Source: Candidatus Limnocylindria bacterium (lineage in GTDB: Bacteria; Chloroflexota; Limnocylindria; P2-11E). From it: 64,000 nucleotides of DNA. The stretch spans positions 4,787 through 68,786 of the forward strand of contig DASYSC010000012.1 of the NCBI GenBank assembly GCA_036003765.1, in the 5' to 3' direction. Below are positions 17,538 to 27,814 of this stretch, piece by piece. The position numbers and the translations under genes were made by a program. Numbering within the stretch: position 1 is the first letter of the stretch; every line of letters starts with the position of its first letter. Under the pieces are notes generated by a model, which saw only the letters and a list, made by a program, of their open reading frames with translations, ran no database searches and was not told where the DNA came from.

Positions 17538-19988
17538 TCATAGCCCGGGCAGAGGCAGTGTGACGGTTATCGGCCGGCTGGTCGTGCCCAGGCTTGAATT
17601 GGCGATGTCATGCACGCTGATCGTCTGCGCGGGCGGAGTCGCCAGGGTGACCGAGAAGGTGCGTACGCCGGCGTCGGTGCTGGTGAACTTGTAATCCGCC
17701 GGCAACGACGCGAGCGGGTCGCTGCTGCTGAAGGTCACCGTGCCCAGGTATCCGGTCGCCACGTTGCCGAAGCTGTCCTTCAGCGTGAGCTTGACGTTGA
17801 AGGGCGCAAGCGCGGTGACTGTTGACGGAACGTCGAGGGTCATCGTCGCCGCGCTCGCCGCACGGACCGTCACGCTCACCATCCCGGTGATCGTCGAGGT
17901 CACCGTGTCGGTCGCGGTGATGGTCTGAGCGCCGGCCTTGGTCAGGGTCGCCGAGAACGTCCCCTGGCCGTTGGTCAGCTTCGTGTCTGCGGGTAGCTTG
18001 ACGCCCGCCGACACGTCTGTGCTCGTGAAGTGCACCGTCCCGTTGTAGGCGGTGGCTGTCCGTCCGGCGGCATCCTGCGCGGTCACGGTGAACGAGAAGG
18101 CCGCACCGGCGGTGGGCGACGCCGTGGTCGCGAGCGCGAAGCGGCTGGCGGGTCCGATGACGGTCACGCTCACGATCCCGGTGATCGTCGAGGTCACGGT
18201 GTCGGTCGCGGTGATGGTCTGCGAGCCGGCCGTGATCAGGGTCGCCGAGAACGTCCCCTGGCCGTTGGCGAGCGTCGCGTCGGCGGGAAGCTGGACGCCC
18301 GCGGCGGCGTCGGTGCTGGTGAAGTGGACGGTACCGCTGTAGCCCGAGGCGATGTTCCCCGCGTCATCCTGCGCCGTGACGGTGAACGAGAACGGAACGC
18401 CGGAGTTGGGTGAGGCGGTCGTCGCGAGCGCGAAGCGGGTAGCCGTCTGGCCAAGCGGCAGCGTCGTGAAGGTGCCGTCGGGGCTCGTCGCTGTCTGGCC
18501 GTTGGTGTCGGTGCTGCTCACTTGGTAGTGGTAGAGCGTGTTCGGCGTGAGCCCATTCAGGGTCAGCGAGTGGCTCGTGACGTTCGCAGCGTCGATCGCG
18601 CTGTTGTCGTACGCGGTCGTCGTCCCGTAGTCCACCCGGCTGTTCGCGGCGTTGCTGGTCTGCCAGGTGACCACGGCCGATGTCGTTGTGATGCTCCCCA
18701 CCTGCACCGCCGAGATCTGGAGCGCCGGCGGCGGCGCGTACACGGTCGCCATCGCCGTGTTGACCCACTGCTGCCGCATAGCGGCGTAGCCCGCGTCGGT
18801 CGGGTGGATGCAGTCAGGCCCGATGAGGCCCTGGTTCGCCTGGAAGAACGCCCACAGGTCGGGGCCGCGGACGATCTGCGGGAAGGCGCTATACAGCGCA
18901 TCGATCTGCTGATTGAGGTGCGGGACGTTCAGCTGGATCTGCGAGGTGCAGCCCCAGGGGATGTGCGGGATGAGCGGGGTCTTACCCAGGGCGAGGACCG
19001 CCTGCACCATCGTCACGTAGTTGTTGTAGAAGGTCGCGTAGGGCGTATCGAAGCCCGCGTCGTTGGTTCCGTAGGCCATGACGACGTACTGACCGGAGAA
19101 CATCGCAAGCCAGGTGTTGATGGTGTTCTTCCCGTCGACGCTGAGCGTTCCCCCGATCGATCCCGCCTCTTGTGCCGGGAAGCGGCTCGGGAGCTTGGCG
19201 TTGATCTGCTGCCCGAAGCTCCCGCCCCCACCGGCGTGGTGCATCGACCCTTCGGTGATCGAGTCGCCGTAGAAGATCCAGTCGTCCTGGTAGCCGGCGC
19301 TCGCGTTGTGGATATCCATGTTGAGCACGACGAAGGTCGCGTTCTGTACCCCGTTCACGGCCGTGACGTTGATCCGGACCCAGTTGTATCCGGTCAGGTT
19401 GACCGCATGCTGCCGCGAGTGGTAGTTGTTCCCGGTCACCGTCGCGAGCGTGACCCATCCCGAGCTCGGCAGGGTTCCGCCTGGAGCGGCATTCGCCTCG
19501 AGGGTGTAATTCCTGGGGATGTCGTACGGGCTCCAGCCGCAGTTCGTCGTGCAGCCCGGCGGGTACGGATTCACGCTCGATCTGAACGTGTAGTCGTACA
19601 CGAGTGTCGCCGGGTCGTTGTACCAGACGACGAGGACCTGTCCGCGCTGGGCGACCGGCACGCCCGAGAGGTCGTACGCGAGGTACGTCGGGGCGCTGGC
19701 CGACGGTGTGGTGCAGGACTTCCAGCCATCGTCGTAGATGTTGTCGTTCGCCTTGCTGGCGGGGGTGGCTCCGCCGCAGTCGTCGTTCGTGTAGGCGGGC
19801 ACGTTGCGGCTGATGACGGGCATCGCGTTTGGCACCGCTGAGGGCGACGCGGCGGCTCCAGGCTGCTGGACCTTCGCGGCGAGCGCAGGCTGCGAGAGCC
19901 CGAGCGTAAGGTTCAACGAAACGCAGAGGCCCAGGACCGTGCTCGCGAAGATCCTCCATGCGCGTGGAGCGGACCGGCCACTAGCCAT
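17538..19988 (-). CDS. secreted multidomain protein: N-terminal beta-sandwich-like region, SGNH/GDSL hydrolase, FN3-like domain, three Ig-like repeats
   Basis: Signal peptide from ATG 19988 (MASGRSAPRAWRIFASTVLGLCVSLNLTLGLSQPALA). SGNH blocks FYGDSITEG, AYGTNDAG and DCIHPTDAGY. FN3-like SAVVTWQTSNAANSRVDYGTTTAY...LTPNTLYHYQV. Three repeats of about 98 aa. The track ORF extends to 20246. Confidence 0.75.
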   Translation of the reverse strand: MASGRSAPRAWRIFASTVLGLCVSLNLTLGLSQPALAAKVQQPGAAASPSAVPNAMPVISRNVPAYTNDDCGGATPASKANDNIYDDGWKSCTTPSASAPTYLAYDLSGVPVAQRGQVLVVWYNDPATLVYDYTFRSSVNPYPPGCTTNCGWSPYDIPRNYTLEANAAPGGTLPSSGWVTLATVTGNNYHSRQHAVNLTGYNWVRINVTAVNGVQNATFVVLNMDIHNASAGYQDDWIFYGDSITEGSMHHAGGGGSFGQQINAKLPSRFPAQEAGSIGGTLSVDGKNTINTWLAMFSGQYVVMAYGTNDAGFDTPYATFYNNYVTMVQAVLALGKTPLIPHIPWGCTSQIQLNVPHLNQQIDALYSAFPQIVRGPDLWAFFQANQGLIGPDCIHPTDAGYAAMRQQWVNTAMATVYAPPPALQISAVQVGSITTTSAVVTWQTSNAANSRVDYGTTTAYDNSAIDAANVTSHSLTLNGLTPNTLYHYQVSSTDTNGQTATSPDGTFTTLPLGQTATRFALATTASPNSGVPFSFTVTAQDDAGNIASGYSGTVHFTSTDAAAGVQLPADATLANGQGTFSATLITAGSQTITATDTVTSTITGIVSVTVIGPASRFALATTASPTAGAAFSFTVTAQDAAGRTATAYNGTVHFTSTDVSAGVKLPADTKLTNGQGTFSATLTKAGAQTITATDTVTSTITGMVSVTVRAASAATMTLDVPSTVTALAPFNVKLTLKDSFGNVATGYLGTVTFSSSDPLASLPADYKFTSTDAGVRTFSVTLATPPAQTISVHDIANSSLGTTSRPITVTLPLPGL
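17869..18456 (-). repeat. two near-identical 294-bp tandem units encoding Ig-like domains (third, diverged copy about 17560-17868)
   Basis: Units start at 17869 and 18163 (gtcacgctcac(c/g)atcccggtgatcgtcgaggtcac...). Long identical runs are visible by eye. Protein repeat: RFALATTASP..G..FSFTVTAQD.AG....Y.GTVHFTSTD...GV.LPAD..L.NGQGTFSATL..AG.QTITATDTVTSTITG.VSVTV. Confidence 0.75.
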
Positions 19989-20175
19989 CGGGGCGGACGA
20001 TTGGGCAAGGGGATTGAGAGGACCTGCAGGGTCCGCTTGATTTTGTCGACCGTTCCCTAGCACGGACCGCGTCCGGGCGGCTCGACCGTCAAGCCCTCCG
20101 AATGAGCCGCTCAATGCCCTGACCCTCGATCGGCCGACCGGAGGCTCGCGTGACGCCGGGTGCGGACGGAGATGC

Positions 20176-21072
20176 TCATCCGCCGCCGTACACGCAGAGG
20201 TTCGGCGACGGCTGTTCGTAGGCGCGAATCTCGCCAAAGAAGGCATTCTTCACCCAGATGACCGACACGCCGTAGCTCACGTTGTCGCACTCGAAGTCGC
20301 CGATCGCAGAGGCTGAGATCTTGAACGAGGCGACCTTCACACCCGCGCGCGTGTACTGGAAGTAGCGCGCGCAGCCACCCGCACCGATGAGGAGATACGG
20401 GCCGCCGACGGCGATGGCGCTGCCGATCGAGTACCCGCACTCGGCCGTCATGTCGTTCGGCGGGACGCTGACGTCGATGAAGGGGGTCGACGCGAGGACG
20501 GCATGTCCCTGAGCGTCGGGGTACGTCTGATAGTGGTAGATGCGCGGCCACGCGTCCGGGCCGATCCAGAGCGTGTCGTCCGCGCGATCGTAGTTGAGCT
20601 TCGACTCGGTGCAAAAGTTCCCGGGCTGGCACTGGTAACCCGGACGGCCGTTCAGCGGATCGATCATGAAGATGAGGACCGCCACGCCCGACTTGGCCAG
20701 CAGGTACACCGAGAGCCCGTCACCCGCCGTGGCCCAGAAGGCATCGCGTCCGGCGTCGTACGAGATCCCGATCACCCCTGAGGGAATGCCCACGATCGGG
20801 ATGTCGATGTGGCCGGTCGCATCGTGCGCGCCACCCGGCGGTGGCACGTCGATGCGGTGCAGCAGGTGCCCCGCGAACTCGGCGTAGTAGAGATAGCGCC
20901 CATCGAACCCGACGCTGGGCGAGATGCCCAGGGGCCAGACCGTCGCCCCCTCAGGCGTGAGCACGTCCGCGACGAGGTCGCCGGGGGCCGCCCGGGCCGG
21001 CGTCGCGGGTTGCAGCACAACGAACGCGACGACCAGGACCAGCGTCAGAGCGCGCGGCAGGTGTCTTTCCAT
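20176..21072 (-). CDS. secreted repeat protein of unknown function (paralog of 13071-14150)
   Basis: Signal peptide MERHLPRALTLVLVVAFVVLQPATPARA from ATG 21072, 2 nt after the wecB stop. Collinear with the 13071-14150 product and lacks its Pro/Thr tail. The track ORF extends to 21342 over wecB. Confidence 0.65.
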   Translation of the reverse strand: MERHLPRALTLVLVVAFVVLQPATPARAAPGDLVADVLTPEGATVWPLGISPSVGFDGRYLYYAEFAGHLLHRIDVPPPGGAHDATGHIDIPIVGIPSGVIGISYDAGRDAFWATAGDGLSVYLLAKSGVAVLIFMIDPLNGRPGYQCQPGNFCTESKLNYDRADDTLWIGPDAWPRIYHYQTYPDAQGHAVLASTPFIDVSVPPNDMTAECGYSIGSAIAVGGPYLLIGAGGCARYFQYTRAGVKVASFKISASAIGDFECDNVSYGVSVIWVKNAFFGEIRAYEQPSPNLCVYGGG

Positions 21073-21074
21073 CT

Positions 21075-22286
21075 CTACGCACCTCCATTCGGTACGCTTG
21101 GCCGCACGCTGGCGACCGGAGCCCATACGAAATCTGGGGTCGCCACGACTGCTTGCGACGGGCGATCGCTGCCCGAGCCTTGAATGCCCGCGCTCAGCGC
21201 CTCGACGATCCGCGCGGACGCGCGTCCGTCGCCGAAGGGACTCGCGACATGGGCCATCCGGCGATATGCCTCGCTGTCCTTGAGCAGCCGGCGAGCTTCG
21301 CTCACGATGCGCGAGGCGTTCGTGCCGACCACGCGCGCGCATCCCGCCTCGACGGCCTCCGGCCGCTCGGTCACCTCGCGCAGCACCAGCACCGGCCGGC
21401 CGAGGCTCGGAGCCTCTTCCTGGATCCCGCCCGAGTCGGTGAGGATCAGCGTGGAGCGATGCATGAGCTGAACGAGCGACGCGTAGTCGAGCGGCGGGAT
21501 GAGGCTGATGTGGTCGTGGCCGCCGAGGTGCTCGCGGACAGGATCACGGACGCTCGGGTTCAGATGCACCGGATAGACGACCTGGATGTCGTCGACCTCT
21601 TCTACGAGCCGAAGTACGGCTTGGCAGATCGCGGCGATCCCTCGGCCGAAGCTCTCCCGTCGGTGGGCGGTGACGAGCACGATGCGGCGGTGGAGCGCAA
21701 GCCCGGCCAGCGGACCGCGGGCGATGTCGTAGTCGAGTGTGAGGACATGGTGCAGCGCATCGATGCCGGTGTTCCCGGTCACCCGGACCGTCGCCGGCGA
21801 GCATCCTTCCCGGAGCAGGTTCTGACGCGCGCGCTCCGTTGGAGCGAAGCGCAGATCGGCGAGGACGTCGATGAGGCGGCGATTCGCTTCCTCCGGAAAT
21901 GGCCGGCGCATGTCGTTGGTACGCAGGCCGGCTTCCACGTGGGCGACCGCGATGCCCCGGTAGAACGCGGCGAGAGCCGCCGCCAGCGCGGTCGTCGTAT
22001 CACCCTGGACTACGACCCACGACGGTCGGCTCGCATCGATCACCTCGGTGACGCCATCGACCACGCCCGCCGTAAGCCCGGAGAGTGTCTGGGCCGGCGT
22101 CATGAGATCGAGGTCGTAGTCCGGATCGACGTCGAACAGCTCGAGGATCGGTTGCAGCATCTCGCGGTGCTGGCCGGTCACGCAGACGCGCACGTCGATG
22201 CCCGCGCGGGCCCGGAGTGCGCGGATCAGTGGGGCGAGCTTGACTGCCTCGGGACGGGTGCCGAGCACCACGAGGACGCGCAGCAT
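21075..22286 (-). CDS. wecB: UDP-N-acetylglucosamine 2-epimerase (non-hydrolysing)
   Basis: VLGTRPEAVKLAPL, CVTGQHREML, VVQGDTTTALAAALAAFY..I.VAHVEAGLRT and DSGGIQEEAPSLGRPVLVLR are classic WecB/MnaA blocks. Confidence 0.9.
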   Translation of the reverse strand: MLRVLVVLGTRPEAVKLAPLIRALRARAGIDVRVCVTGQHREMLQPILELFDVDPDYDLDLMTPAQTLSGLTAGVVDGVTEVIDASRPSWVVVQGDTTTALAAALAAFYRGIAVAHVEAGLRTNDMRRPFPEEANRRLIDVLADLRFAPTERARQNLLREGCSPATVRVTGNTGIDALHHVLTLDYDIARGPLAGLALHRRIVLVTAHRRESFGRGIAAICQAVLRLVEEVDDIQVVYPVHLNPSVRDPVREHLGGHDHISLIPPLDYASLVQLMHRSTLILTDSGGIQEEAPSLGRPVLVLREVTERPEAVEAGCARVVGTNASRIVSEARRLLKDSEAYRRMAHVASPFGDGRASARIVEALSAGIQGSGSDRPSQAVVATPDFVWAPVASVRPSVPNGGA

Positions 22287-23074
22287 CAGCTCTCCGGCAC
22301 GACGATGTCCCAGCGGCTGTACACCGCAAGACGCGTCCCCGCGATGTGGAAGATCGGCCGGTCGAGGCTCGGGGCGATCTCGTTCAGATACGCGTATATG
22401 CCGGGGTAGTACGTGTAGTCATCCCAGACGATGGTCCCAAGCTCGGAGAGCATCCCGAAGGCTGCCTCGGTGTCCGAACGCACGTAGCTGTAGCTGTGGC
22501 TCGCGTCGATGAAAACGAGGTCGATGTCGCCGCTGTACGGCGCGAAGTCGAACGTCGCCGAGTCTCCAAAGAGCTGCGTGATGCGCTCGCCCTCTGGGGT
22601 GCCGCGAAAGCGGACTCCCCGGTCCCATTTTTCGAAATACTCGGAGCCGTCGGTGAGCTCGAGCTCGGCCCGCCCGATGGCCTCGGCTCCAGGAAGATCG
22701 AGCGTATAGACGTGGGCCTTCGGAAGGTTGTGCGCGAGCAGCCACGCGGAGTCGCCGCGGTACGTGCCGAACTCGAAGATCGAGTCGCACTCGAGCAGCG
22801 ACGCGAGCGCTGTGAGGACCAACGGGCATAGCCGCAAGACCGGACCTTCAACGCTGATGCGGTCGATCCCGCGGATGTGCGAGGGCTCGACGCTCCTAAC
22901 GTTCGGCGCGCCGGATCGCTTGACGTCGATCCAGAGGTCCTTGAGCAGCCGGCGTCCCCGCGCGGGATTCGCGAGAGAGGCGCGGATCGCGCCCACGATG
23001 ACGTTGAACACGATGTCACGGTTGGCGACCCGCCGGATAGGCCGCGCGGCAGGCCGTGCCTGCGCCGCGCTCAT
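22286..23074 (-). CDS. class I SAM-dependent methyltransferase (O-methyltransferase-like)
   Basis: CDSIFEFGTYRGDSAWLLAHNLP...VYTLDLPG and DLVFIDASHSYSYVRSDTE...GTIVWDDY. ATG 23074 was chosen so the gene does not overlap the upstream sugar transferase. The track ORF extends to 23236. Confidence 0.7.
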   Translation of the reverse strand: MSAAQARPAARPIRRVANRDIVFNVIVGAIRASLANPARGRRLLKDLWIDVKRSGAPNVRSVEPSHIRGIDRISVEGPVLRLCPLVLTALASLLECDSIFEFGTYRGDSAWLLAHNLPKAHVYTLDLPGAEAIGRAELELTDGSEYFEKWDRGVRFRGTPEGERITQLFGDSATFDFAPYSGDIDLVFIDASHSYSYVRSDTEAAFGMLSELGTIVWDDYTYYPGIYAYLNEIAPSLDRPIFHIAGTRLAVYSRWDIVVPES

Positions 23075-23088
23075 GGCCACGGTCACTC

Positions 23089-23865
23089 CTATCGCGCTCC
23101 CTCGCGGCTCAGGACGACCGGGATCGTGCGCAGCAGGATGCGCAAGTCGAGGAGGAGCGAGGCGCTGTTCACGTACGCGAGATCCAGGCGATACATGTCC
23201 ATGACGCTGAGCTTGCTGCGACCGCTCACCTGCCACAGCCCGGTGATGCCGGGCGGGACGAGGAGGCGCCGGTGCATCCAGTCCGTGTAGTCGTCAAGCG
23301 CGTACGGCACGTCGGGACGGGGCCCGACCAGGCTCATCTCGCCGCGTAACACGTTCCAGATCTGCGGGAGCTCGTCCAGGCTCGTGCTGCGGAGGAAAGC
23401 CCCCACGCGCGTGATGCGCCGGTCGTCGGGGACCTTGTAGATGGCGCAGGTGATCCCCTCGTGCAGCAGGCCCCGTACGAACGCTCGGTGCGCGTCAGGA
23501 GTGGCGTCGGCGCGCATGGAGCGGAACTTGTAGCCGGTGAAACGCCGACCGTGCCGCCCGACGCGCTCGCCCCGGTAGAGGATCGGCCCCGGGCTGTCCA
23601 GACGGATCGCGATCGCGATCACGACGAAGAGCGGAAGGAGAGCCGCCAGAACGACGACCGCGACGAAGACGTCGAGCGCGCGCTTCGCTGACGCGTAGAC
23701 GAGCTCGCGCCGCAGGGCTTCACGTAAGGCCTGCGCCAACGCGTCGACGACGGAGATGCCCGCCCACTCGATCGCCTGTGCGCTCGCCATGATCCGTTCT
23801 GCCGGCTGAGCGGGCTCCGCCGCGGTCGACATGGGCGCGGATACCACCATCGGCTCGGCGGTCAC
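23089..23865 (-). CDS. polyprenyl-phosphate sugar-phosphate transferase (bacterial sugar transferase family, priming enzyme)
   Basis: [20 protein letters not shown]...[28 protein letters not shown]...[38 protein letters not shown]...[13 protein letters not shown]. Confidence 0.85.
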   Translation of the reverse strand: MTAEPMVVSAPMSTAAEPAQPAERIMASAQAIEWAGISVVDALAQALREALRRELVYASAKRALDVFVAVVVLAALLPLFVVIAIAIRLDSPGPILYRGERVGRHGRRFTGYKFRSMRADATPDAHRAFVRGLLHEGITCAIYKVPDDRRITRVGAFLRSTSLDELPQIWNVLRGEMSLVGPRPDVPYALDDYTDWMHRRLLVPPGITGLWQVSGRSKLSVMDMYRLDLAYVNSASLLLDLRILLRTIPVVLSREGAR

Positions 23866-24023
23866 GGCTTGGATGGAAGGGCTCGTTCATTGAGGTCTGT
23901 TGCGGGTTCAAGATGACGTCTTCGAGCGGCCTGTCGCCCGGCGGGCACTGAGCGCCGCTCCCCATCAATGCGCCGTCAATCGGCGCTCAATCCGTGGCGG
24001 CCTAAATCCTTGCCATCCAGACC

Positions 24024-25580
24024 ATGCAGCGGCTCTTCGCGCTCACCGCGGTCGTGTGCCTGCTGCTCGCCGGTCGGCCTTCGACGTCCCCAGCCGCAGC
24101 CACGGACGTCGTGGTTTCGGTCCGTGCGAGCGCCGCGCAGGGCGCGGTCGCGATGCGGCTCGGCACGCAGTTCGCCTGGCCCGGGGCCCTCGACCGAGCT
24201 CCGGCGGCACGGACCCGCTTCAGCGCGCTCGCCCCTCGCCTGGTGCGCATCAACGCCACGACCGATGGCCTCCCCGGGCTTCCGCTGGTGATGCCCGCGG
24301 GAGTCACGCAGGGTGACTGGGACTTCGGCAATCTTGACGCGATCATCGACGACATCCGTAACGCGGGTGGGCAGATCGTGCTCGACATCGCGTACGCACC
24401 GCAGTGGATGTGGGACTGCTCTGTGGGCGCGATACGCGATCCCACGTTCGGCGAATTCGCCGCGTACATCGCGCGGGTCTTGTCCTATTACAACGTGGGC
24501 TCGTTCGTCGCCGAGGACGGCCGCACGATCATCAATCCTGCAGGCACGGCGAACCGCATCGGCTACTGGGAGCTCTGGAATGAGCCCGACCAACGCACCC
24601 TCGGCTGCCCGCCCGCGGGGAATCCCAACATCGGACCGGATCAGTACGTGACGATGTGGAACGCCAGCGTCGCTGCGATGCTCGCGATCGATCCATCCAT
24701 CAAGCTGGTGGGCCCGTCGACCTCGAGCGCGGTGACAACGACCGTCCCGGACTACCTGCCCACGCTTCTGTCGGGTGCCGCGCACAAACCTGACGCGGTG
24801 AGCTTTCACGCGTACGGCGGCTGGCACAACTCGCAAACGGATCGATTCCTCTTCGACGGCGACGTGGGATGTTGCGGGCTCCCCGGTATCGAAAGCGGGC
24901 TCGCTCGGGTGCAGGCTGCGGCGCCCGGGATCCCGGTCTGGATCACCGAGCTCAACGTGAATGCGGCGTGGGCCCAAGATGACCCTGCGCGGCGGCCGTG
25001 GACGGCGTTCGGCGCAGCGTGGGGCGCGAGCGCGTTCGTGCGGCTGGCGCGACACGGGGTGGAGGCGGTCTACGAGTTCCAGTTCGCTCATCCCAGCCTG
25101 CGTCAGTTCTCGCTCGTCGAGATTGATACGGGCCGGCCGCTCCTCTCGTACTGGCGCGACTACTACCTGGCGCGCTACTTCCCTCCGGGCAGCACGCTCG
25201 TGTCGACGAGCTCGAGCAGCGGAGTGGTCGAAGTGCTCGCGGCGCGGCCACCCGGTTCCAGTGACGTGCGCGTGCTCGTGGTCAACCGGCAGGTGGACAG
25301 CGACACCGCGCTAGGCGGGCCCGGAGTACCCGCGAGCGTGCGCGTGACCGTGGAGGACCTTCCGGGCGTCGAGGCGGTCAGCCTGCGACAGATCGATGCC
25401 CTCACGCCGCTCGAGACCGGACCCGAGCTGCAGAGCCTGCAGGCAGCCAACTCGGTCAGCATCGGCTTCGGTGGTTACGGCCTGGCGCTTCTCGAGTTTG
25501 TGTCCGATCTCAACGCGAACCTGCGGGCGCCGGCTAAGACATCGCCGACCGGGACACCCCCATTGCCTGCCGGTCGATGA
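24024..25580 (+). CDS. secreted clan GH-A (TIM-barrel) glycoside hydrolase, family not resolved
   Basis: Signal peptide MQRLFALTAVVCLLLAGRPSTSPAAA. Acid/base-type YWELWNEPD and nucleophile-type VWITELN. Diverges from the priming-transferase gene. Confidence 0.65.
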   Translation: MQRLFALTAVVCLLLAGRPSTSPAAATDVVVSVRASAAQGAVAMRLGTQFAWPGALDRAPAARTRFSALAPRLVRINATTDGLPGLPLVMPAGVTQGDWDFGNLDAIIDDIRNAGGQIVLDIAYAPQWMWDCSVGAIRDPTFGEFAAYIARVLSYYNVGSFVAEDGRTIINPAGTANRIGYWELWNEPDQRTLGCPPAGNPNIGPDQYVTMWNASVAAMLAIDPSIKLVGPSTSSAVTTTVPDYLPTLLSGAAHKPDAVSFHAYGGWHNSQTDRFLFDGDVGCCGLPGIESGLARVQAAAPGIPVWITELNVNAAWAQDDPARRPWTAFGAAWGASAFVRLARHGVEAVYEFQFAHPSLRQFSLVEIDTGRPLLSYWRDYYLARYFPPGSTLVSTSSSSGVVEVLAARPPGSSDVRVLVVNRQVDSDTALGGPGVPASVRVTVEDLPGVEAVSLRQIDALTPLETGPELQSLQAANSVSIGFGGYGLALLEFVSDLNANLRAPAKTSPTGTPPLPAGR

Positions 25581-26541
25581 GATCGCGCCAGAGCCGCGCT
25601 CTGAGCCCGCTGGCCTCGGCGACGCCCGCCCAGTACTTCACGCTGAAGAGCGCGCTGCACAGGAGCCGTCGTGGAACTGGAGCCGGCGCGACCATCGCGC
25701 TCCGGAGCCATCCGACGACGAGTCGTGTTCGGGCCTCATGACCCACACACCACCGCGTCAGCGTCCGACTCAGCGGGTGCCGGCGCCGCCAGTCATCCGG
25801 CAGCGAGCGCTCCGCGAATCCGAGGTTGCTCTCCAGGATTAGATCGTGCCGCCCGCGCTCGAACGCGGCCGCGAGCCATCCCTCGAACGTGCGGTCCGGG
25901 ACGTGGTGAACGACCGCGTCTGGCAGGAACTTAAAGCTCACCCCGCGCGACGCGAGCCGGGACGCGAGCTCGATGTCCTCTTCGCGGACGAAACGCTCGT
26001 CGAAGCCTCCCGCCGCGATAACCTCGTCCCGCGGCACCGATGCGTTCGCGGTATAGAAGACGCGCCAGTCGGTCTCGATCAGGCCGCGCTGCATCCGGGC
26101 GTACTGCCGCTCGAGCAGTGCGGCTTCCCACTCGAGCCAGGGCGGGAGGGGATGTTCGCGCGGTGCGGCCATCCGCCCGATGGCCGCGGCGCGCGCGTTC
26201 GCGCGATGGAAGGCCAGGTGACGCTCGAAGAGCCCCTCCTGCGGCCGGACATCGTCGTCCAGGAAGAGCAGCAGGTCGCCGCGCGCGGCGGCGATCGCGG
26301 CGTTTCGTGCGGCGGCGGGGCCGCGCCGCGGCTGGGCGATCACACGCAGGGGATAGGGCGCGCGCCTTGCCGAGAGCATCTCGACCGTCCCGTCGTTCGA
26401 ACCATCGACCGCGACGATGACCTCAAGGTTCCCCGCCTCCCGGTGGTGCCGCTCGAGCTCAATCAGGAGACGCTCAAGACGCGCGCGCCGGTTGTGCGAG
26501 GGCACGATGACGCTCACGCTCGGGTTGCGGTCTGACGTCAC
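25534..26541 (-). CDS. family 2 glycosyltransferase
   Basis: VSVIVPSHNRRARLERLL...VIVAVDGSNDGT...LLLFLDDD (GT-A fold with DxD). The convergent 47-nt overlap with the GH gene is plausible at this GC content. Confidence 0.8.
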   Translation of the reverse strand: MTSDRNPSVSVIVPSHNRRARLERLLIELERHHREAGNLEVIVAVDGSNDGTVEMLSARRAPYPLRVIAQPRRGPAAARNAAIAAARGDLLLFLDDDVRPQEGLFERHLAFHRANARAAAIGRMAAPREHPLPPWLEWEAALLERQYARMQRGLIETDWRVFYTANASVPRDEVIAAGGFDERFVREEDIELASRLASRGVSFKFLPDAVVHHVPDRTFEGWLAAAFERGRHDLILESNLGFAERSLPDDWRRRHPLSRTLTRWCVGHEARTRLVVGWLRSAMVAPAPVPRRLLCSALFSVKYWAGVAEASGLRARLWRDLIDRQAMGVSRSAMS

Positions 26542-26773
26542 AGACGGCTATCAGGCCCTGCGCCCATTGAGGGCGGCTGTAGCGCCTGATGAGCCGATCC
26601 TTATCGACCCTCGATCTCTCGGGCGGGCAGCGGACGACCTGCCGTTCGGCCGCAGGATTCGGGACCCCGCGAGGGCGCCGCCAAGAATCGCCACGGGATC
26701 GGCGCGGGCGCGCCTGCCCGCATCAATGGGGCGCCTACATCCATTCAATGAGCCGCCCCTACGGTCGGGGTCG

Positions 26774-27814
26774 ATGTGGCGCTACCTCACGACCGCCGCG
26801 CGCTATCGCTGGTTGCTCGTCAGCATCCTCGGCCTGGTCTGGGGAGCCGGTCTCGCCGCGGCATACGTCGAGTACACCACCACGTTCGAGTCGGAGGCCA
26901 CGATCTGGGTGCTCCGCGCGTCGCCCGAGCTGACCGTGACGAGCCCCGACGACCCGAGCGCACCGATCCTCCAGACGGCCGCCTCGCAGCAGGCCGACCT
27001 GCTCGATCAGCTCCTGCAGACCCAGAGCTTCGTTCGCGACGTCGTGCAGCAGACATCGCTCCGACCAGCGCTCCAGGCCGCGCCCGACGACGCGCGATTC
27101 CTGGCCCGCGTCGCGAAGGCCTTCCACGTGCAGACCCATGGGACCAATCTGCTGACCGTCGCCTACGTGTCCGGCGATCCCAGGCTCGCAGCCGAGATGG
27201 TGAACGCGGCGCTCGCCGTTCGCGCGGACCGTGTGGCGCAGGCGAGCGTCACATATAGCGCGGCCGCGAACACCCTGTACCAGCTGCAGTTCAAAGTCGC
27301 GCAGAGGCAGGCGCTCGACGCGCAGAGCGCCCTAGACGAGTTCGACCAGGGCCACCCGGGTCCGCTGAGCGACGTCGAGCAGGCGCAGCGCGGTCAGCTC
27401 CGGCTCTCCCTCGATTTCGCTCAGGTGCGCCTCGGCAACATCAAGGGGCGCATCGATCAGTCGACGCTCGCGCCGGCGGTCCTCGCGGTGAGCGGGATGG
27501 AGTTCCAGGTCGTCGACCAGCCGCGCGTCGAGAGCTCGCCGCGCGGCGGAACGAAGACGGCCGCGACGACCGCTGCGGTCGCGTTCGTTGCCGGCGCCGC
27601 GCTTGCCGCGCTCCTCGTGTTGCTCGGCACGATCCTGCCGACGCACGCGACCGGTCCGGCCGATGTCGCTCGCCTCGCGCCGGTCAAGCTGCTCGCGGCG
27701 GTGCCGCGGGTCCCGCGCGTCGAAGGCCCGGCGGGCGCCCCGGCCGACCTCCGCGCCTCCCTCGCCCTGATCGCCTTCCGCGGCGGACGCGGCCGCGGTG
27801 ACGTAACCGAGTGA
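26774..27814 (+). CDS. polysaccharide co-polymerase (Wzz/GumC-like chain-length determinant)
   Basis: N-terminal TM (WLLVSILGLVWGAGLAAAYV), a long coiled periplasmic-type region, C-terminal TM (AVAFVAGAALAALLVLLGTIL). ATG 26774. The track ORF from 26417 adds an Arg-rich non-protein-like leader. Confidence 0.65.
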   Translation: MWRYLTTAARYRWLLVSILGLVWGAGLAAAYVEYTTTFESEATIWVLRASPELTVTSPDDPSAPILQTAASQQADLLDQLLQTQSFVRDVVQQTSLRPALQAAPDDARFLARVAKAFHVQTHGTNLLTVAYVSGDPRLAAEMVNAALAVRADRVAQASVTYSAAANTLYQLQFKVAQRQALDAQSALDEFDQGHPGPLSDVEQAQRGQLRLSLDFAQVRLGNIKGRIDQSTLAPAVLAVSGMEFQVVDQPRVESSPRGGTKTAATTAAVAFVAGAALAALLVLLGTILPTHATGPADVARLAPVKLLAAVPRVPRVEGPAGAPADLRASLALIAFRGGRGRGDVTE

